Origin: an uncultured Chthoniobacter sp.
GTDB lineage: Bacteria; Verrucomicrobiota; Verrucomicrobiia; Chthoniobacterales; JACTMZ01
Assembly (NCBI GenBank): GCA_964516705.1
Contig: CAZEYV010000050.1
Location: 1 to 44,410 of the forward strand
Direction: 5' to 3'
DNA: 44,410 nucleotides
Positions 38,393 to 44,410 of the stretch are shown piece by piece. The position numbers were made by a program, and so were the translations under genes. Each line of letters opens with the position of its first letter. Positions within the stretch are counted from its first letter, which is position 1. The notes under the pieces were generated by a model. The model had not been told where the DNA came from, searched no databases, and was given only the letters and a program-made list of their open reading frames with translations.

Positions 38393-39735
38393 GCGGGTGG
38401 TGGTGGGCGGCCGCTTGGTTGGGCGCTATGGCGGCGCTTCTTCTCGTGGGGCGTTACCTCGTCGGACTCCGCCGCCTGTACGCGGCGCTGCGTCGCGTCG
38501 CCCACGGCGATCTCGCCCGGCCGCTGGCCCTCGATTTGCCGCGCGGTTTGCGCGCCGCGCAGCACGATCTTGAAGTCATCGCGCGCCAGGCCCGCGACCT
38601 CGACCTGGCCGCCCACCGCGAGCGCGCCGAACTTGACGCCATCCTGGCCAGCATTCCCGAGGGGATTTTCACCGTCGACCGCCGCCTTTGCCTGCGGCAG
38701 GCCAACCGCGGCGTGCAGGCCATGTTCCGGCTGTCCGCCTCGCCGGCCGGCCGCACCGTGGTCGAGGCCTTCGGGCACGCCGCCATGCACCGTCTGGTCC
38801 AGGAAGGCCTGCAGGGCGGCCAGCCGCACCGCGGGGAGATCACCGTCGAGCAGGACGGCACGCGCCGGGTTTTCGAGCTGAGTATTTCCCCGCTCGAGCT
38901 GGATGCGGACGGACCCGGTGCCGTCGTGGTGGTGCACAACATCACGCGCATCAAGGGCCTCGAGCAGGTGCGCCGCGATTTCGTGGCCAATGTCTCGCAC
39001 GAACTGCGCACGCCGTTGACCATCATCAACGGCTACCTCGAGACACTCGTCGACGGCGGTCTGGAGGACCGCGCCATGACGGAGAAAGCGCTGCGCGTGA
39101 TGTTCAAGCACGGCGACCGCCTCGGCCGTCTGGTCGACGACCTGCTGACCATCTCGCGCGCCGAGTCGCGCGACGTGCCCCTGGAGACGCAGCGGCTCGA
39201 CCTGCCCGATCTCCTGCGCCGCGTGGTCGAGCAGTTCGACGAACCGATCCGCCGCCAGGATGCCGTCGTGCGCATCACGACCGCCGAAGGCGACCTCTCG
39301 CTCGAGGCCGATGCCGGCCGTCTCGAGCAGGTTTTTTTGAACCTGCTGGAGAATGCGCTCAAATACGGCAACCGTCCGGGCTTGGTCGTCGGGCTTTACG
39401 CCGAGCGGGTCGGACCGAACATCCACGTGCAGGTCACGGACAACGGCCCCGGCATACCGCACGAGGACCAGGAGCATATTTTCGAGCGCTTTTACCGCGT
39501 GCACAAAGACCGCTCGCGCGAGACGGGCGGCACGGGCCTCGGCTTGTCGATCGTCAAAAATGTCGTGCAGGCCCACGGCGGGAGCGTGGCCCTGCGCAGC
39601 CTTCCGGGCGCGGGTTCAACCTTCACCGTGGCCCTGCCGGTCCGCCAGGCCAAGCCGGTCGCGCCCCCGCCATGGTCCGCCGCGAAAAAAACCGCAACTG
39701 CCGGGCCGGGTCCGGGGTTGGATCCGGTGTTATGA
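38389..39735 (+). CDS. PhoR-like PAS sensor histidine kinase
   Basis: RRDFVANVSHELRTPLT, NLLENALKY, DNGPGI, IFERFYRV, GGTGLGLSIVK; TTG start overlaps the regulator stop. Confidence 0.93.
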   Translation: MSGWWWAAAWLGAMAALLLVGRYLVGLRRLYAALRRVAHGDLARPLALDLPRGLRAAQHDLEVIARQARDLDLAAHRERAELDAILASIPEGIFTVDRRLCLRQANRGVQAMFRLSASPAGRTVVEAFGHAAMHRLVQEGLQGGQPHRGEITVEQDGTRRVFELSISPLELDADGPGAVVVVHNITRIKGLEQVRRDFVANVSHELRTPLTIINGYLETLVDGGLEDRAMTEKALRVMFKHGDRLGRLVDDLLTISRAESRDVPLETQRLDLPDLLRRVVEQFDEPIRRQDAVVRITTAEGDLSLEADAGRLEQVFLNLLENALKYGNRPGLVVGLYAERVGPNIHVQVTDNGPGIPHEDQEHIFERFYRVHKDRSRETGGTGLGLSIVKNVVQAHGGSVALRSLPGAGSTFTVALPVRQAKPVAPPPWSAAKKTATAGPGPGLDPVL

Positions 39736-40391
39736 AAAGATTCACCACCCTATCCGTTGCCTTGATCGCGGCCACCGCGCCGCTCTTGGCTCAGGACAAT
39801 CCGTCCATGCCCGGCGGGGCAGAGCAACCCGGTTCCCGCCTCAAGCAGCCGCCCAGGAAACAAGCCGCGGCGCAGATGCTCCCTGCCGATGAACGCAAGC
39901 GTCTCGCGGCGGCTCAGGAAAAAGCGAAGAACGACCCGACGGTCCGTTCGCTGCGGGAAGCCAAAGAAAGCATCGAAGAGCAACTGGCCAATGCCATGCG
40001 CGCCGCCATGGTCGCGGCCGATCCGACGTTGGCGCCGACCTTGGACAAAATCCGCGACGCGCGCGGCCGGGCCAAAGGCGTGCGCGACCGCTACGAGTCG
40101 CTCACACCCGAGCAGCGCGAGCAATTCAAGTCTGCCCGCACCGCCGCCAAAGACGACCCCGCCGTTGTCGCGGCGCGCGAGGCGATGAAAAGCGCCGACT
40201 CTCCCGAGGCGCGCCGCGCCGCGGGCAAAGCCATGCACGAGGCGATGAAGGCCGCCATGACCAAGCAAGATCCGGGCCTGGCCGCCCTGCTCGAGAAACT
40301 CGGCCCGCCTCCGGGTGGGCCCGGACGCCCCGGTGGCCCGGCAGGTGGTCCGATGGGACCTCCTCCCGGCATGGACGACGGTCTGGAATAA
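39732..40391 (+). CDS. Secreted alpha-helical protein with internal duplication (Spy/CpxP-like LTxxQ motif)
   Basis: Signal peptide MKRFTTLSVALIAATAPLLA; two AKxDPxV...AMxAAM..xDPxLA..LxK units; SLTPEQ; Gly/Pro tail; ATGA overlap with the kinase. Confidence 0.8.
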   Translation: MKRFTTLSVALIAATAPLLAQDNPSMPGGAEQPGSRLKQPPRKQAAAQMLPADERKRLAAAQEKAKNDPTVRSLREAKESIEEQLANAMRAAMVAADPTLAPTLDKIRDARGRAKGVRDRYESLTPEQREQFKSARTAAKDDPAVVAAREAMKSADSPEARRAAGKAMHEAMKAAMTKQDPGLAALLEKLGPPPGGPGRPGGPAGGPMGPPPGMDDGLE

Positions 40392-40812
40392 ACTTTGCGC
40401 CGCTTGCCCGCCACGATGGCGGGCCCGCGTTCTTTTCCGGTCGCGGACCGACCGGTCTCCGATTTCGTCATTGCAAATCCGCGCACGGCTCTTATGGTAA
40501 CGAAGTCTTTTTCGGACACGACAGCCATGATTGTTGTTACGTCTTGTCTGCGGGCAACTTATGCGACCGGGCGGCTTCTGCCCGATCTGCTGGCCATCCT
40601 GCTGAGCTTGCCGGTTTTCCGGCGGCTCGGGCGCGGCATTCCTGCTGTCCACGAAAATCACACGGAAAGGCCACCCGGCCGCGGACCCCAATCCGCCCGG
40701 GCAGCCGGCGCCACGTCGGTGCCGTTTCCGTTCCACCTCCGCGGGAAGCATCCCCGGCGCGAAGAGCGCGCCCCGCGGTCCAACTGCCATCCATCAACTA
40801 CCGATCGTTCCA

Positions 40813-41454
40813 ATGAACTCAAATCAATCTGGTCCGCGTCGCCGCCGTCGTGGCGGACGTTCGCGCGGCTCTTCCCCGTCATCCCATCCGCGTTCGAGCG
40901 ACCACTACAAGGTCACCCGCGAACCCCGCAAGCCGGCCGGCTTCTGGGATAAAGTCAAAGCGTTCTTCGGCCTCGCGCCGCAGCCCGCCGCATCGTCCGC
41001 CAACGGCTCCGCCCGCCGCGAACGCCCCCGTGGCGAGTCCCGCGATCGCGAGGTGCGTCCGCCCCGCGAACCCCGCGAACCGCGCGAATCCCGTGCGCCC
41101 CGCGAGTCGCACAAACCCGAAGCCATCGAGGTCACCACGCCGCGTCTTTACGTCGGCAACCTCTCCTATGACGCCGCCGAGAGCGACCTCCTCGAGTTGT
41201 TCTCCGGGGTCGGCACCGTGGCCAATGTGGAAGTCATCACCAACAAACACACCCAGCGCTCCAAAGGTTTCGGGTTCGTGCAGATGAACAGCGTGAGCGA
41301 AGCCAAGCGCGCCGTCGATGAACTGCACGACAAGGACTACATGGGCCGCAAGCTGGTGGTCAGCGGGGCCAAACTCCCGCCCGATCGCTCCATCGGCCGC
41401 GATGACACCGCGTCGCCGTCAGACCACGCCGAGGAACCCGCCTCGCAGGTCTGA
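40813..41454 (+). CDS. RRM RNA-binding protein with Arg-rich disordered N-terminus
   Basis: RNP2 LYVGNLSY, RNP1 KGFGFVQM; REP/RES repeats at the N-terminus. Confidence 0.93.
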   Translation: MNSNQSGPRRRRRGGRSRGSSPSSHPRSSDHYKVTREPRKPAGFWDKVKAFFGLAPQPAASSANGSARRERPRGESRDREVRPPREPREPRESRAPRESHKPEAIEVTTPRLYVGNLSYDAAESDLLELFSGVGTVANVEVITNKHTQRSKGFGFVQMNSVSEAKRAVDELHDKDYMGRKLVVSGAKLPPDRSIGRDDTASPSDHAEEPASQV

Positions 41455-41476
41455 TCTCACCGACATTCGAAACAAG

Positions 41477-41502
41477 CACGGGCCGGCCCACGCCGGCCCG
41501 TG
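41477..41502. terminator. Hairpin between the convergent RRM and FIST genes
   Basis: CACGGGCCGGC-CCAC-GCCGGCCCGTG 11-bp stem, weak U-tails on both sides. Confidence 0.65.
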
Positions 41503-41533
41503 GTATTTCCAGCGCGCGCCCCGCTTCCGCTCC

Positions 41534-42688
41534 TCAATAGATCAGCCCGATCGATGCGGTGTAGCCGTGGAGGAAGTTGGAGCCGCCGACGGGACCGATC
41601 TCGCCGTTGCAGAAAAATCCGGCGGACGGATGCGGTCCGAGCATTCCGGCGATCGCCTTGGCATCGTGGTCGGGGGCGCCGAAGAGATGCCTGCCGCGTC
41701 CGTTGCAACTGAAGAGCAACGAGGCCACGGGTTTGTCCGCCCGGGCGGCCAGGGGCGCGAGCAAGGTTCGCAGTTCCTCGTCCGCCGTGGCGGCATCGCG
41801 CAACTGGTATTGCAGCGTCTGCCCGGTGCGCGGGTATGCGCCGACCACAACGGCTCCGGTGGCGGGATCGGCGCCGAGGATGTTGCGGACGAGAAAATCC
41901 CCGCGTCCGAATTGCTCCTTGTATTCATCGACGGCCAAACCGGCGAAGAGGTTGCCGCGGGCGCGCTGCTTTTCCGCGTCGGCCAGCGTGTTGAACGCTT
42001 GCTCGAGCACCTGGTAAGCGGGGCGGGAGCCGAGTTCCAGGAGGAGGTGTTCGTCGGCGCGCGTGACGGGAAGGGCTTCGCCGATCGGACGGCAGCCTTG
42101 GCTGACGACGGTCTCGAGACGCACGCCGTCGAGGGCGAGAACGAGGGCGTCGGAGGTGTCGCCGATGCCCGGACCGAAGACGGTGACGTCCTCGTCGCCG
42201 CGTGGTCCGCCGGCCAAACCGCCCAGAACCGGAGCATCGGGGAACGTGGTGTTCCATTCGCGCAACCAAGTATCGGCGTCGAAGCGGAAGGGGTTGGCGA
42301 ACGCGAGCCAAGCGTCTGCCGCGCCGCCGGCGGCATCGCGCCAGAAGGTGTTGCCGTCCGAAGTCTCGACTTGCGCCTGCGCAAGCGGCACCGCGCGGAT
42401 TTTGGCTTCGGGGAGATGGAGGAAGAGGAGGGAAAATCCTTCGATCATCTCCGCCTCGCGCGCGGTGCCGATGAGGCCGGAGCCGGTGCATCCGGCGAGG
42501 ACCGCGGCGTGGCCATGGACGGCGACGACTTCTTGGAAGTCCGCGAGATGATCCACGTAGCCGGTGGAAATGAAAGCCAGAGCGAGTGTGGGATCGGCGC
42601 CGAGTTCGGCCCGCAATTCCTCGGCGGTGGCGCGCAACTGGCCCTCATCATATTTGGCCAAGACGAGGCGGGAGGCAGCGCGGTTCAT
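41534..42688 (-). CDS. FIST N/C domain protein (NosP-like sensor)
   Basis: LAGCTGSGLIG, VLGGLA, VSQGCRPIG, LFSCNGRG, GFFCNGEIGP, FLHGYT. Confidence 0.92.
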   Translation of the reverse strand: MNRAASRLVLAKYDEGQLRATAEELRAELGADPTLALAFISTGYVDHLADFQEVVAVHGHAAVLAGCTGSGLIGTAREAEMIEGFSLLFLHLPEAKIRAVPLAQAQVETSDGNTFWRDAAGGAADAWLAFANPFRFDADTWLREWNTTFPDAPVLGGLAGGPRGDEDVTVFGPGIGDTSDALVLALDGVRLETVVSQGCRPIGEALPVTRADEHLLLELGSRPAYQVLEQAFNTLADAEKQRARGNLFAGLAVDEYKEQFGRGDFLVRNILGADPATGAVVVGAYPRTGQTLQYQLRDAATADEELRTLLAPLAARADKPVASLLFSCNGRGRHLFGAPDHDAKAIAGMLGPHPSAGFFCNGEIGPVGGSNFLHGYTASIGLIY

Positions 42689-42736
42689 TGGTTGAGGATG
42701 GAGCCGCGTGGCAGAGGCGTCAACCGGCGCGAGCCA

Positions 42737-42764
42737 TGGCGGCGCCAGCGGGAGTCGAGCCTGC
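42737..42764 (-). other. Degenerate tRNA/tmRNA 3'-end fragment (possible att remnant)
   Basis: Minus strand GCAGGCTCGACTCCCGCTGGCGCCGCCA resembles a T-arm plus acceptor 3' strand plus CCA; no 5' half present. Confidence 0.45.
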
Positions 42765-42935
42765 GCTCCGTTGCGAACGCCGATCGTGCCGGAAAATCTG
42801 AAAACTTTTCGGGCTCAAGATAAAACGTCCGTTTCAACGAACGAACCGGGGCTTGCGCGGTCAGATATTTATGTGTATTTTTTGACGCTCGCGGTCGGGT
42901 TGTTTTCTACCGCCTTTAAGTATAACCCCCTAAAA

Positions 42936-44410
42936 ATGAATTCGATACGCCGTTCTTTGTTGGTCCTCATTTCCCTTGTTCTCATTGCGGCCCCGGCCTT
43001 GGCCGGAATCGGCGACCCGAACCTGAAATTAGACCCGACTTACGGCCTCTTTCCGCGCCCAGCGGGGCATACGTATTTTCCGTCTCCCGAGGACTGGCGG
43101 GACGTCAATATGTATCAGATCTTCACCGACCGGTTCGCGGACGGTGACTCGGCCAACAACACCACCAGTGCGATGGGGATCAACCGTTCGTCGTGGTTTG
43201 TCGATAACAGCGGCCGTTCTTTCCCGCACAACCGCAACTTCCACCACGGTGGTGACTGGAAAGGGCTCAAGGACAACCTTGATTACCTCACCGGCATGGG
43301 AGTCAACGCCGTCTGGATTTCTGGTGTGCAGATGAATGCCCAGGGCCGCGACCTGCGCTACACGCCCTACCACCAATACCACCCCACGGACTTCTTCAAT
43401 GTCGATCCGGCGCAGGGAACCTTTCAGGAACTCAAGGACCTCATCGACGCCTGCCACGCTCGCGGCATCTACGTCATTCTCGACGTGGTGATCAACCACA
43501 CCGCCGACTTGAACGGGTTGTTCGGCAATAACACCAACGACGATAAACAATACTGGCCGAACGGCAACGGCACCCATGGCTGGTGGGACAGTCGCCGTCA
43601 TGCGTATCCGTTCAACGAACTTTTCCACTTCCACAACAACGGCACGATCAACAACTGGGATGCCTTCCCCGAGACCCTGCGCGGCCAGTTCCGCGGCACC
43701 GACGATTTGGCCACCGACACGCCGCACGTCACTTACTGGATCACCGAGGCCTTCAGGAATCTCATCGACGCCACCGACTGCGACGGCTTCCGCGTCGATG
43801 CGATCAAGCATGTCGAATACAACTGGGTGAAGAAATGGGCTGACGACATCCGCAAGCACGCCGAGACCAAGGGCAAAAACGACTTCCTGCTCTTTGGCGA
43901 ATTGTTTGTTTATGACAACAATGCGCTGGCCCGCTACTGCAAAGAGCCCGGATTTTCCTTCAACTCCGCGCTCTTCTTCCCGATGAGCCAGACGATCAAG
44001 AGCGTCTTCATCGACGGCGGCGGCACGGGCCAGCTGACCGGCCAACTCAACAATGTCCCCGGCTACGGCGAGGGGGCCAATCGTCTGGTTACCTTCATCG
44101 ACAACCACGACGTCAACCGCATCAGCATCCAGAATGGCGGAGACACCGGTAATGACATCTGGAAGTTGCGCCCCGCGCTTTCCTTCCTCTATCTCGCCAC
44201 TCCGGTGCCTTGCCTCTACTACGGCACGGAGCACGCCTTCAACCAAGGCAACCACTTCAATGGTCAGGACGCTTGGCAGCAATACGAAGGCCAGCCTTAT
44301 GACGATGCCGACTGGCAGCGCGAGTGCATGTTCGACCGCGGTTTCCAGCCCGGTCCGGCGCAAGGCAACAAACTGGCCGCGACCAACGCCCCGCTCTACC
44401 AGCACATCAA
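42936..44410 (+). CDS. Secreted GH13 alpha-amylase family protein, 3' end runs off the window
   Basis: Not in the ORF track; translated by hand: signal peptide MNSIRRSLLVLISLVLIAAPALA, YQIFTDRFADGD, GGDWKGL, LDVVINH, DGFRVDAIKH, FGE, FIDNHD. Confidence 0.93.
   Translation, partial: MNSIRRSLLVLISLVLIAAPALAGIGDPNLKLDPTYGLFPRPAGHTYFPSPEDWRDVNMYQIFTDRFADGDSANNTTSAMGINRSSWFVDNSGRSFPHNRNFHHGGDWKGLKDNLDYLTGMGVNAVWISGVQMNAQGRDLRYTPYHQYHPTDFFNVDPAQGTFQELKDLIDACHARGIYVILDVVINHTADLNGLFGNNTNDDKQYWPNGNGTHGWWDSRRHAYPFNELFHFHNNGTINNWDAFPETLRGQFRGTDDLATDTPHVTYWITEAFRNLIDATDCDGFRVDAIKHVEYNWVKKWADDIRKHAETKGKNDFLLFGELFVYDNNALARYCKEPGFSFNSALFFPMSQTIKSVFIDGGGTGQLTGQLNNVPGYGEGANRLVTFIDNHDVNRISIQNGGDTGNDIWKLRPALSFLYLATPVPCLYYGTEHAFNQGNHFNGQDAWQQYEGQPYDDADWQRECMFDRGFQPGPAQGNKLAATNAPLYQHI

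Noticed and set aside
40395-40952. 185-aa ORF upstream of and overlapping the RRM gene
   Set aside because: TTG start, no recognisable motif, out-of-frame overlap; more likely promoter and leader sequence.
43029-44405. 458-aa minus-strand ORF
   Set aside because: Antisense to the GH13 gene, which the track omitted because it runs off the window.

Overview
GC-rich bacterial chromosomal segment, probably Verrucomicrobiota (inferred from the PEP-CTERM and prepilin-like genes and the gene content). Most of it is densely packed housekeeping and metabolic genes: pnp (partial), rpsO, fabF, purine nucleoside phosphorylase, accA, ispH, manA, ubiE/menG, tRNA-Leu(CAG), fabI, argS, nuoA, trmL, coaX, scpB, xth, ligA, a PhoBR-like two-component system and a partial secreted GH13 amylase. 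The notable items are: (1) an ECF sigma / anti-sigma / HtrA-like operon whose protease has lost all three catalytic residues while the anti-sigma candidate ends in a DegS-type YxF tail; (2) a four-helix-bundle gene between ligA and xth, bracketed by self-complementary 9-mer tandem arrays, with other short solo arrays elsewhere; (3) a stand-alone nitric oxide synthase oxygenase; (4) two candidate small RNAs, one behind a consensus sigma54 promoter and one behind a sigmaE-like promoter; (5) a nucleotidyltransferase plus small-protein pair next to a truncated PEP-CTERM gene; (6) a degenerate tRNA/tmRNA 3' remnant that may mark an island edge; (7) frequent apparently leaderless promoters. All calls come from reading motifs by eye; no searches were run.
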